From the NCBI GenBank assembly GCA_036785375.1, contig JAWMAR010001442.1:124001-188000 (forward strand): a stretch of 64,000 bases of DNA. The letters run 5' to 3'. The notes under the pieces are model-generated. The model saw nothing but the letters and a program-made list of their open reading frames with translations, was not told where the DNA came from and did not search any database. A program made the translations under genes and the position numbers. The DNA is from Leucoraja ocellata (taxonomy: Eukaryota). Shown piece by piece: positions 52,608 to 64,000 of this stretch (its first letter is position 1; each line of letters begins with the position of its first letter).

Positions 52608-53816
52608 ATTGATGAAGGGGAGCCAGTATATGTATTGTATCTAGACTTTCAGAAAGCCTTTGATAAGGTCCCGCACGGGAGACTGGTGACTAAAATTAGA
52701 GCACATGGTATTGGGTAGGGTGTTGCCGTAGATAGAAAATTATTTGGCAGACAGGAAGCAAAGAGTAGGAGTGAACAGGTCCTTTTCAGAATAGCAGGCA
52801 GTGGCGAGTGGAGTGCCGCAAGGCTCGTTGCTGGGGCCGTAACAGTTTACCATATATATTAATGATTTGGAAGAGGGAATTAGGAGTAACACTAGCAAGT
52901 TTGCGAATGACACAAAGCTGGGTGGCAGTGTGAACTGTGAAGAGGATGTTAGGAGGTTGCAGGGTGACCTGGACAGGTTGAGTGAGTGGGCAGATGCGTG
53001 GCAGATGCAGTATAATATAGATAAATGTGAGGTTATCCACTTTGGTGGCAAAATCAAGGGGACAGATTATTATCTCAATGGGGTTAGGTAAGGGGGATGT
53101 ACAACGAGACCTGGGTGTCCTTGTACACCAGTCACTGAAAGTTAGCATGCAGATACAGCAGGCAGTGAAGAAAGCTAATGGAATGTTGGCCTTCATAACA
53201 CGAGGATTTCAGTATAGGAGTAGAGAAGTTCTTCTGCAGTTGTATAGGGCTCTTGTACGACCACATCTAGAGTATTGAGTACAGTTTTGTCTCCTAATTT
53301 GTGGAAGGACATCCTTGTGATTGAGACAGTAGGTTCACGAGATTGATCCCTGGGATGGCGGGACTGTCATATGAGGAAAGATTGAAAAGACTAGGCTTGT
53401 ATTGACTGGAGTTTAGAAGAATGAGGTGGGATCTTATTGAAACATATAAAATTATAAAAGGACTGGACAAGCTAGAAGCAGGATAAATGTTCCCAATGTT
53501 GGGCGAGTCCAGAACTAGGGCTCAGTCTTAGAATCAAGGGGAGGCCATTTAAGACTGAGGTGAGAAAAAACTTTTTCATCCAGAGAGTTGTGAATTTGTG
53601 GAATTCCCTGCCACAGAGGGCAGTGGAGGCCAAATCACTGGATGGATTTAAGATGCAGTTAGATGGAGCTCTAGGGGCTAGTGGAATCAAGGGATATTGG
53701 GAGAAGGGAGGCATGGGTTATTGATTGGGGACGATCAGCCATGATCACAATGAATGGCGGTGCTGGGTCGTAGGGCCGAATGGCCTCCTCCTGCACCTAT
53801 TTTCTATGTTTCTATG
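52608..53816 (+). mobile_element. 5'-truncated CR1 (same family as 40127-42870)
   Basis: DFQKAFDKVPH, FANDTKLGG, LVRPHLEY; (ttctatgt)n tail. Confidence 0.88.
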
Positions 53817-54197
53817 AACAATGTTTCAGATATTGGGGAATCCAGGCCAGGAGATGACAGTCTGAGGTGAAGTTGTGTAGGTGTGAGAGGCGGAGAAATG
53901 TCTTCACACAGATAGTGGTGAACCTGGACATTCTCTGCCACAGACAGCACTGAAGCCCAATTATTAGATATATGCAAGAATGAGTTGGGTCCAGTTCTTA
54001 GGGTAAAGGGATCAAGGGATATGGAGAGAATGCAGGAAGAGAGTACTGAATATGGATGATCAGCCGTGCTCATATTGAATGTCTGTGCAGGATTGAAGGG
54101 CTGAATGGCCTGCTCCTGCAATTATTTTCTATGCTGGATGTGATAAGTGTGTCCATTTGCTCAGGTCAGACTCGCACCAACCTCTGTCAACACGTAC

Positions 54198-54518
54198 CTG
54201 TCAGCTTCTGCAAAGATCTGCTCTCCGGTGTTAGCAAACTCTTGTCCTCCACAACACAGGTGTACAGAGCCCCACTCTCCCACTCTGCAGCGGGGACCGT
54301 CAGTCCGCTGGTGATGGTGTCTGTACCTCCGATCCTCTCTACACCACGAGTTGTCACCCCGTCTTCTCTCTTCATTTCATTCACTTGCCAGGTGACCCCG
54401 AATCCCTCTAAATCACCGTGAACCACCTTACACAGAATGGTGGCTGTCTTGTTGATCCAGATCTCTTCGAAGGAAGGTTTGCTTAAAGTGACCGAGGGGT
54501 GGGTATCTGAACATTCAT
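54198..54518 (-). CDS. IgW: IgW CH5 exon (321 bp)
   Basis: ctcccag|AT GAA TGT...ACA G|gtacgt; DECSDTHPSVTLSKPSFEEIWINKTATILC...W...AEWESGALYTCVVED. Confidence 0.93.
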
Positions 54519-55186
54519 CTGGGAGAAATCACATTTATTATGTCATCGTTCCCTGATGGAGCAGCTTGCCACTGAAGTATTGTGTGCACATCTCCACTGA
54601 ATGATATGCTGGTCCCATCAACATCAGGGAGATTTATCTACATTGATGTAGGAATGAAGCTTCCTATTGATCCCACAAGGAAACCGTGCTCAACAATGTG
54701 AATTAACAAGTTGACTTTTACATTATTTGACAGTTATGTGATCACTGAACCTGCTACCAGCTATTTACTGAATCAAATGTATAAAATTCCCTCTGAGGAG
54801 AGGCAAATCGAGCTAATGTACGAGGTCAAAATGTTCAGTTCAATTTAGTTTATTGTCACGTGTACCGAGGTACAGTGAAAAGCTTTTGTTGCGTGCTAAC
54901 CAGTCAGCGGAAAGTTCTTCACTTTATATTATAAAATAGAAGCAGAGGCATTATTTTATTTAGTCGCGAGTGGACCGGAGTAGGATGAAGAAAGGTCTCG
55001 ACTCAAAGCCTCACCTCCCCATGTCCTCCAGGGATGCTGCCTGACCTGCTGAGTTACTCCAGCATATTGTGTCCTTTCATTTAGTCACAACTGTTTAAAT
55101 GCATTTTGTATCCATGAGGTGTAACTAAACTCTCCTGCTGCTTTGTCAGAATGTAGTGTGTTGCAGCCGGCCTGTTCCAGAGGCTG

Positions 55187-55272
55187 CTACACATTGCCCA
55201 GACTGACTGTAGCCACTCTGGGGCAGGGAGAGAGCTGCTCTGCTGGACACCCTGTCACAGCTGAGGCACCCA
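55187..55272 (-). CDS. IgW: Candidate interspersed secretory tail exon after CH4 (28 aa, 2 Cys)
   Basis: Pyrimidine-rich acceptor 'tctttccctctgtttttgtacttaatgccag|TG' is phase 1 and gives VGASAVTGCPAEQLSPCPRVATVSLGNV*. AATAAA at 54955-54960. Confidence 0.5.
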
Positions 55273-55516
55273 CTGGCATTAAGTACAAAAACAGAGGGAA
55301 AGACCGTTTTGAAGAAGAGTAATGTGGATCTCCACCGTGTCTGGCCTGTCGACTGGCTTGGATTGCCCTCAAGTTACTAAAGCAATGTCAAAGATACAAT
55401 TATTTCTGTGGCCAGATTCACTTACAAGCCCACAACAGGACTGCACCATGTTACAATGCTGCCCATGTGTGGCACAGTTTACAATGTGGAGAATGGAGTG
55501 AATCCCAGGAGCCTAC

Positions 55517-55834
55517 CTTGGATGTTCTTCACATCCTTTGTGATGATGGTGTTGGAGGCGCGATGATACACTGTACAATTGAAACGTGAGCCTGACTTCC
55601 AATCCTCTGTACTCATGGTCAGGAAGTGGCTGGCACTGAAAGTGCCACCCTGCTCCAGAGCAGTTGGTGCAGCGCTGGTGTTGTTGGAGATCAGGGCATC
55701 GTCTTTACTCCAAGTGACGTTGATGAGGTCTGGGTAGAATCCAGAGACCACACACTCGAGGGTGACCTTGTGGCTATGCTTGGTCTCTTCGTGTGTTTGA
55801 AGCAGCAGTCTGACTTCAGGTTTATTTGGCTCAA
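55517..55834 (-). CDS. IgW: IgW CH4 exon (318 bp)
   Basis: ttccag|TT GAG...CAA G|gtaggc; VEPNKPEVRLL...TLECVVSGFYPDLINVTW...WKSGSRFNCTVYH. Confidence 0.94.
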
Positions 55835-55866
55835 CTGGAACAGAGCAAAATAAATGTTAAACTCTC

Positions 55867-56335
55867 TCATAGAGACATAGAGTGATACAGTGTGGAAACA
55901 GGCCCTTCAGCCCAACTTGCCCACCCCGGCCAACATGTCCCAGCTACATTAGTCTCTCCCGCCGTGCTTGGTACATGTCCCTCAAAACCTGTCCCTGTCT
56001 GTTTTTTTTAATGTTAGGATAGTCCCTGCCTCAACTACCTCCTCTGGCAGCTTGTTTCATACATCCACCACCCTTTGCGTGAAGAAGTTACCCCTCAGAT
56101 TCCTATTAAATCTTTCCCCCTTCACCTTAAACCGATGTCCTCTGGTACTCAATTCACCTACTCTGGGCAAGAGACTCTGTGCATCTATCCAATCTATTTC
56201 TCTCATGATTTTATACACCTCAATAAGATATTCCCTCATCCTCCGACACTCCAAGGAATAGAGTCCCAGCCCACTCAACCTCTCCCTATAGCTCTCTAGC
56301 CCTGGCAACATCCTTGTAAATCCTCTCTGTACCCT
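55867..56335 (-). mobile_element. CR1 3' fragment filling most of the CH3-CH4 intron
   Basis: MLPGLESYRERL...RGNFFTQRVV. Confidence 0.8.
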
Positions 56336-56381
56336 CTCTCTCTCTCTGTCACACCCATTTAATCACTGATCTGTTGCCCAC

Positions 56382-56684
56382 CTTTGTTATGGTTGGTCCG
56401 CGCTGACACTGGTGAGGATGATGAAGATTGTTGGGCGAAACACACAAACTCCACCCCGCTGGTCCACTCCTCGACGCTGGTCCGGAGTTCACTGATCACA
56501 GGGTTTTGGGTGCCTTCATGGCTCGGTGTACGGGTCATAACTCCTTCACTTCTCTCCTTTCCTCCCACCTTCCAGGTGAGATGGACCTGGCTCGGATCAC
56601 TACAGATCACTGAACACACCAGCGTAGCGGTCTTGTTGATCCAAATCTCTTTCATGCCAGGATTTTGAATGAAGACGGCCAATG
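56382..56684 (-). CDS. IgW: IgW CH3 exon (303 bp)
   Basis: ccacag|CA TTG...AAA G|gtgggc; LAVFIQNPGMKEIWINKTATLVC...W...EEWTSGVEFVC. Confidence 0.94.
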
Positions 56685-56740
56685 CTGTGGATCAGAAATG
56701 GAAAAGTTCAGAATTTTAGTTGAGACTCATCTGTTACTAA

Positions 56741-57072
56741 AGGGCCTGTCCCACTTGCGCAACTTTTTCAGCGACTGCCGGCCACCGTCATAGGTCGTTG
56801 CAGGTCGCCCAAAATTGTCAACATGTTGAAAATCCAGCGGCGACCAGAACAAGGTACGAACCATTGGGCGACTACTCATGACCATACAGGCTTCACCTAT
56901 GTCGGCAGGGTGTCACCTGTATGGTCGTGAGTATTCTCCTCAGTTGCCCAAAGAGCCGTAGCACCGGTCTGGTCGTAGCTGAATTTTCAACGTTAACATT
57001 TTTCAGTGACCTGCTGCGACTATGACAGGTGCTGGCAATCGCAGAATAAATTGCGTAAGTGGCTCAGGCTCT
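56741..57072. mobile_element. PIF/Harbinger-like MITE, same family as 45334-45682
   Basis: TIRs agggcctgtcccacttgcgcaa / ttgcgtaagtggctcaggctct; TAA/TTA flanks. Confidence 0.7.
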
Positions 57073-58059
57073 TTATGGAAAGGCAGGGCAGAAATCCAAA
57101 CAGGTGTCTCATAAAAGAACTTTAAGATGTTTATGTCATCACATAAAAGACTGATCAATGGCAGATCAAACTATACACTGGCTAGATTTATTGCAAACAG
57201 AATAGTAGAAAAACTCGTGTTAAATAGCAGGTTGAGTGTTTTGACTGAAAAAAACAGAACAAAGGATCCGTCAACTGGGATTTGACTCTCTTTCCCATCA
57301 CCATGATCAGCTGGTACATTACAGGGGCACAATTTGATATGTGCTTTGCTTGGAACTCCTGCTGCATCGATTAGTAATACTGAGCAACATGAATGAGAAA
57401 AGCAACTTTTTTCCCTGTAGGCCAAGCCTGGGATTCCCTCAGTTTAGAATGTCACATGCTGATATCACAGCCTTACTCTGACCATGTGTCTCACCATCTC
57501 TGAAACCTTCACCACAACACAACCTTCAGTAAAGGTGTCATTCTTCCAGCTCAGGGCACTCGTAAACCTGCACTCCTTTCACCTTTGTACCACTTGCTGT
57601 GTCATGTTGCAGTGTTGCCCACAAGCACCAAAACTCACTCAGCCACAGACTAGTGTCAGTTTAGTGTGACTGTGCTCCAGTGAAGACTTTGAGGCGTTTC
57701 AGTAATTGATAGAAATGATCAGAAATAAATTAGTGGCTGACTTTCCAGCGACAGCAGAGCAAATCATAAATGGTTAGAAGTATCAAGGTCCCTCTCCTGC
57801 TGCAGATTGGGATGAAATTCTGCATTAGATGTATTTTCCCATTTCACATCAGAATCATTGGGCGAGGAAGAGAATGATTTATTCATTCATTGCCCCTGAC
57901 TGACCTGCACTGCCACTTGTCTTCTGAAGCAGCATCATGAGTCTAGTTGCACTCAGCTCACTCTTGTGTGTGCACTGTTTACACACTTAGTCACTTGGAC
58001 CACATGAGCTGATTTTGCTCTCAAACACTTATTGTGGAGTGTGATTAGGTTTGTGTCAG

Positions 58060-61000
58060 AATAGTAAGATTAAACGAGAACTTACCAGTTTGAAGTTTGA
58101 TCTTTATTTTATGAGGAGGAACGTTGAGGGAATACGTGAAAGAAGCCCGCTACGACGCATGCGTGTCATCCTTCAAAGCAGCGGTGTGAGGTCACAGATA
58201 CACTATAATGACCTAAAATAGTAAGATTATTAAAGAGATACCAGTTTAAGATATGACCATTCGAGGGTGGGAGCGGAGGGCACGTATTCCCTCAATGTTC
58301 CTCCTCATAAAATAAAGATCAAACTTCAAACTGGTAAGTTCTCGTTTAATCTTACTATTTTACTTCGGAGTCACGTGAGTGACTACGTGAAAGATTTCAA
58401 AGCTCTGTGACCTCATGCCGTGGAAACGAGTCCATGCTTCACAACTGCCTTGGTAGTTAGGGAGAAATTGTTAATTATATTCAAAACATTCATACCAATT
58501 ATTTAATGGAAATGATAAATAATATCTAATTAATTCAAATCATAACCCTGTATTCTTCAGGGATAAATTATCATACAGAACTTAAAATGTTCCCTGAAAA
58601 CGTTCCCATACTGCTAACTGGTTTGTTATAACATTTCTGAAACGTTTTCTCCGACAACCATCCTGCAATCCTGAGGATTTGGTCCATGGATACATCAAGG
58701 CATTTTGCTGCGGATGTAGCTGCAGCCCTGGTGGAGTGATATTTAAATATGTTAGTGTCCACTCCCGCCTATCTAACCCATATTTCAGCCACCGCGAAAT
58801 GGTCTGAGTTACACTCTACGGTACAGTTTCTTATAGCTGATTAAACGCCATTTCCTTGCCTCTGATAGCCTTTGTACTTTCACTGTATAACAAAACGTGC
58901 TTCACTATACAGAGGCGTTTGTCCTCCGGGTAGGCCATCAATTCTATGACCTGCCCCGCTGATCCTGGTCTATTTTGTTTAATAATACGGTCCTGGATCA
59001 CAAACCCCAAACTTCCTGCCGCCATAGTGAAGCCATCCAGTCTTACTTTTTGCAATAACTGGACCCTATGCGCTGTGACTAGCGCCATCAGCATTACCAT
59101 TTCTTAGTTAGTTTATCCAGATTTAATGCTGTAGCCGGCGACCAATTCCTCAGCATGGTCCAGACCACACTTACATCCCAGATTTTGTTGTATCTTATTT
59201 TGGGTGGCTTGGTGTTAACATTGCCTCTTAAAAGTTTAACTACCAGAAGATGTGATCCCACAGACTGTCTTACTGTTCCTTGCCACCAATAACTTGACAA
59301 TGCACTTCTGGCACTATTCACAGTGCTGTAACTCAGTCCTCCATAGTGCAGGCTGGTGAGAAACTCTAGCACCGCCGGAACATCCTTATTTCTGTGGTCC
59401 AGAAGGTTATTATGGCAGTAATTAGTCCATTTTTAATATGACCTAAATACTGTTTTTGTGTAGACCTTCTTTGTGCTGCCCCCCCCCCCCCCCCCCCCCA
59501 GTGCAGTGAAACAGCATCTGTAGCTTCTGCCTCAGGATCTGGTGCCAATGATACATACCTCGGTAACTGGTGATTTAAACCTGGATGCAAATCTAATATC
59601 CGGCCTTACATACTTTACTGTGATTTCAGCAAATACCGTTCTATCCAACATCCATTCAGTACTTTCAATAAATTTTCGTGACCTGGTGTCTGCCACTGAA
59701 TTAGTATCCCTGGTAGATACGTAGCCGATAACCAAATATTCCTTTGGACACACCATTGCCAAATTGAATTTGCCAATTCATCACAAGATGTTGATATATT
59801 TCCACCCATATGACTTATATATGCCACCACCGAGGTATTATCTATCTACCATCTAACATGCTGCAGTTTCATTCCTGAGCAATAAGATTTTAGCCCATGA
59901 AATGCACTTAACATTTCTAAGTACTTATACCCTTAGTGTTAAGTAGGTTAGCTTCTTGTATATTCCATCTCCCCCATAGCTCGAGATGGTATCAGTTGTA
60001 CCGTAACCAATTGCACTGGCATCTGTTTGTAATAGCACAGACGGGTTGTGAATAACTATTGGGTTGGAGCAATACTTAACATTGTGTTCCCACCATTGTA
60101 TCTTTTATAGCTTCTATTGTTAGCCACATTGGCCAAAAATAAATGGCCTCTATAATTTTGAGCCCATTGAAACTCTTTGGCTTCCTATTAGCAAAGTCAT
60201 TAACATATTAAATGTGTTAATGGTGTCAATTTTGACTTAATTGGATGGACAATGAATCCCAGCTGTTCAAACAATTGTTTAGTGGCAACCACTGCCTAAC
60301 ATGCCAATTCATAAGTTATTCCCACAATAAGTATATCATCCAACTATGCCATTACTCTATGATTTTGGTGTTGCAGCAATCCCAAAGCTGGTTTAAAATT
60401 TTTCTCCTGTTGGATATTGAATAGTAAGCATCTTAAAGATTAATACTTGCCATAAAGTAGCCTGCTGAAAACTAACTCTTTAGCACTGCTAAAAGTATCC
60501 ATTTTTAAAATGAATATATTGCACAACATTGTGAAGCGTTGATAATCCATAATAATACGGCAACCCCCATCTTTCTTATTTCTAATAAATATGTGAGACA
60601 AAATCCTGTTGTTCAGGTTTGGTTTATTCCATTACCCTTTAGTAAGCATGTATATCTGCCCGGTTTATGTTGTACTGGAGGGTTTTGTTTGTGTAGAAAC
60701 TCTATCAGATATCCCTTAATACTGCTAAGGATATGTCTGTCCATAGATATATTACACCATGCTTCCACATGAAGTTGCAATGTCCCTCCAACTTCCGTGC
60801 TCCCTATTAATGCTGGAGCCCCAGATTCACCTACCTCCATGGTTATCGGTGGTAACCAAGTTATTTTCTTGGTTTCATTCGTGGTTGTGGAGGGCCTAAA
60901 GGTTTAGGTTAGGGTAGATGCTGACGTAGAGGCTTTTGCATCTTCCACAGTGGTCGTCCCGGGCCAAACCCTAAACAGGACGCTGCTGCTGGGTACCTCT

Positions 61001-62833
61001 GCCCAATTCTTTGTAGTATAATTACAAACACTACCTCTCTTAGGATGCACATAAGGTTTATGTCTTCCCCAGATATCCTTTGGATGCTCTAATCAGCCCC
61101 AAAGTCGATCCACCTCATCCAATTCTTTAACCTGTTTGGACAGGTCTCCCCCAAATAACAGGGTCTATAGCCCTTTGCTTACATAGTATAGCGAACTTAG
61201 GGTCTAGAGCTGGCTGAATGGCCCTCTTTCTAATATATTTAGTTCAAACTGCACATTGCAAAAATAGTGCAATAGCATCCTTGTGGTCACTAATTATGTC
61301 CACCTTTTCTAACATGCGAGCCAAAGCTGTTATGCCCGCCATGAGACCTTTCAGAGTATTTTGGATTTTAATATCCCGACTCCTAACGGCCTTCCCAACA
61401 TGTCTGCAAGTGCACCTGTAACACTGGCTACATTAAGAGCACCACAATATCCCGGGGTATAAATGCCTTGCCAACACTTCAGCAAAAGTATTAGCTTGAA
61501 GTTGATGGGTGGACATATATTCAATACTCACAGCCATCCTTCTCGAGATCATTCTCAGTGTGTTCCTGCTGGCAGTACTGGCTCATCATGTTCAGCAGGT
61601 TGTTTTATCCCACCCTTCAATAGGGGAAGGTGGCTCCATCACCTGCTCAGATTTTACCCCGTCAGACCTTCCATACCCTCCTCAGAGGCGTCTGATATTT
61701 CATGCAGCCCTTATGGGAAACTGCTGTGGGACTTATATTTTTGCCCACTGTGGCTATCCTCCAATCCCGGAGCCTGCCACTGTGGAGAAATTTACTCCAG
61801 CAACCGCTCCAGCCGACTTACATGCTCTCGGGCACTAGTCGTCGCGGGTGCTTTAATATATCGGACCGCTCCTGCTGACCTTGGTGCTCTCGGGCACTAG
61901 TCGCACGCGGTTTTTCCCGCAGCCGGTCCCCATGCCTACGGGCACTGGTCGCTCCCGGCCTCCCGATATACTCATGCCGCTCACGGTCCCAGTACTCACG
62001 GGCACCTCTACCCATTTAGGGTGAAGTTTGGCACTTGCTCCCTTATGGGAGATGCTGGTGCCGACATTCATTGCTGCCTGCTGCTGGTCAGTAAACGGCA
62101 GCGATATCTGTGTGGCGGCGACTTCAGTTCTGTACTGACATCCGTAGCTGGCTGCCTGCTGTTCAGAACACAGCAGCAACGACTGTGGCTCTGCCCTGAC
62201 GTCCATAGCTGGCTGCCTGCTTCTCTTCAGAATACGGCAGCGACGTCTGTAAAGAAACAAAGGTAAGGAAAAATTGTTCTTACCTGTGCTAGTTCTCAGC
62301 CTGCCGTTTGGGAGGAACGTCCTTCCTCCCACAGCCCCACGGACCCCGTAGCGTAGGTCCTTGGGCTGCTGTCCGAGATGTCGGCTGACGGCTACGGAGT
62401 ACTCACGGTACTGGCCGCTCGTCCCTGTCCTTCAGCCGCTTCAATCGGCTCCAATGCCACTAGCGACTGTATTGAACCCGGGACTTGTTGCTTCGCTTCC
62501 CGCCCGGCAGCAGTGAATCTTGCCGGTGCGGGGAGCGACGTCGGGCACAGCTGTTTCCTCTCCCGAGGATTCGCGTGCCGTCGGCTGCTGCTGGCTGCTG
62601 GCTGCCCGCTGTCTCCACGGTTCTCCCCTCCAGCTTTCCCGCAGCTTCTTGCATTTCCTACCTGCAAGGTAAGTGGGAAAAATTTTGCAGTCTGTTACCT
62701 GCTTCTTTCCACTTACCTCTAGGGAGACGTCGTCTCCCACGTCTGACTCGTTCAATGCGTGTATGCGATATGGCACGCATGCGTCGTAGCGGGCTTCTTT
62801 CACGTAGTCACTCACGTGACTCCGAAGTAAAAT
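58060..62833 (-). mobile_element. Degenerate DIRS1-type retrotransposon in the intron upstream of CH3
   Basis: Same terminal sequences as the first DIRS; ICR ~58281-58394; YR fragments (FKYHSTRAAA, LVTAHRVQ); RNase H/MT fragments; AAT core on both flanks. Confidence 0.92.
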
Positions 62834-63815
62834 TGAAACTTTCAATGAGCCTGGAGATCAAAGCCTTCAGCTGCGTAGAAAGCAGAGTCTGTCTGACAGG
62901 AGACATAACATTTGTCAATGTAAGATGTTGTCTATTTCACAACCCCTCCTTCTTTAAGCAAAATGGTGAGCAAATTCCTTTCAAAAATAGTTATGTGCAT
63001 GGTATTAGTGTGGATGACAGTTGTTGCAGTGTCATCAGAAATTTATAAGCCTAGTTTAACAGTGTGCAATGTTTTTGCTCTGTGAATCTTGTTTTAATCA
63101 GCAATGTGATATTGTTAAACATGTGTGTTTGCAAGATGCTCAATCCCGTCCCTTATCAGTGACAGTCGTGTAGTTCCAGCATCGCGGTGTCGGGGGGAAA
63201 CCGCCTCCTATGAAACCTGGCAGAGTATGGATACACTCCATCCTGTCAAATGCTGGTATCTTCCACAAGAGGCATTTTGTCTTGCTCATCCTTAGATGAT
63301 TATAACCAAACACGTCCATTCCTTGCAACATTCCTTGCATTCCCTGAGTTTCTCCTTTGGACTGAGGTTTGTGTCCGGGAGGTGGGTTAATAAATCTATG
63401 GCAATTTGTGCTAACTACAGTTTTCACCCAAAGCCAGTATAGGACAGGAGACCGGTTAGAGCCCTGGATCTTGCCTCACCAGTTTGCATTTATTATAGGG
63501 TCACGCTATTTTTTACTGAGCCACTTTGCATTTCATACCGTTTACCTTAAACATCTCCTGCCTTTCAATCTCTGGGTGGTCCTTGTTGACTAGAGTCTGA
63601 GCATGAATAAATCTGGCCAGTGGCACTGGGATGTGAAGCAACAATGTTTGCAAATGAATGAATATACAGGCAACTAGTGGAAGGGAGAGGGAGACAGCTT
63701 GAATTGGATATTTTCCCCACTCTGGTACACTTTGATCCCAGTAGATACCAGGGGTTGGATTTGAATCTTATAAATGGGTAGTAATAATAGAATGACAAAT
63801 TCCATACGCAGCCAA

Positions 63816-63943
63816 TTACTTTATTTCACACTTTCCTGCCCAACAATGATACTGCTGGGTAGAACCATCTGAGAATGACACATTGAGATTACTCTGGTAG
63901 ATGAACTTCGGCAGACACTTCGAACAGCCGGGACATTTTCCAC
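63816..63943 (-). CDS. IgW: IgW/IgX short-form Cys-rich secretory tail exon (expected to follow CH2)
   Basis: cttccatttccag|GT GGA AAA TGT (phase 1) gives GGKCPGCSKCLPKFIYQSNLNVSFSDGSTQQYHCWAGKCEIK*, which matches my recollection of the skate IgX short tail. It is below the ORF-track length cutoff. Confidence 0.85.
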
Positions 63944-64000
63944 CTGGAAATGGAAGATTAATTGATTTAAATGTTAAGAGATTTTTACCTCCCGTGTTGA

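Noticed and set aside
50836-56684. Assignment as IgNAR or IgM instead of IgW
   Set aside because: The Cys-rich short tail exon, the TM sequence (TVAAFAILF..SFLYSTFVTVVK) and the four-domain run ending in SHSKPTLVNVSLVL fit IgW/IgX as I recall them; BLAST would confirm.
57470-57700. Minus-strand frame '...TKLTLVCG*...FTSALSWKNDTFTEGCVV' faintly resembling a decayed Ig C exon
   Set aside because: It has two stops, no C-strand Trp, short Cys-Cys spacing and no good acceptor. An HMM search (C1-set) would be needed.

Overview
Eukaryotic, repeat-dense DNA from a cartilaginous fish, most likely a skate or ray. The right half (~38.3-64 kb, minus strand) holds the 3' part of an immunoglobulin heavy-chain IgW (IgX) minilocus. 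V, CH1 and CH2 are inferred to lie beyond 64000. Exon order in transcription direction: Cys-rich short secretory tail (63816-63943), CH3, CH4, a candidate second secretory tail, CH5, CH6+secretory tailpiece+polyA, then a second intact, diverged CH3'/CH4' pair located downstream of the secretory polyA site, then TM1 and TM2. Domain numbering is inferred. CH6 lacks the internal GT donor used in IgM/IgNAR, so CH3'/CH4' appear to be membrane-form-specific exons; this is the main finding. The left half (1-38 kb) is a nest of retroelements: a near full-length L1 inserted at the 3' end of a Tx1-like element, a complete DIRS element and a full-length CR1 inside that L1, and a short CR1 inside the DIRS. 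It also contains a ~3.4-kb triplication that keeps the empty L1 target site, and a duplication with ~28.9-kb offset (1-7169 vs 28938-36091). A second DIRS, PIF/Harbinger-type TIR elements, SINEs and Penelope-derived hammerhead-like motifs lie in the Ig introns. All assignments come from manual reading and recalled family motifs; no database search was run.
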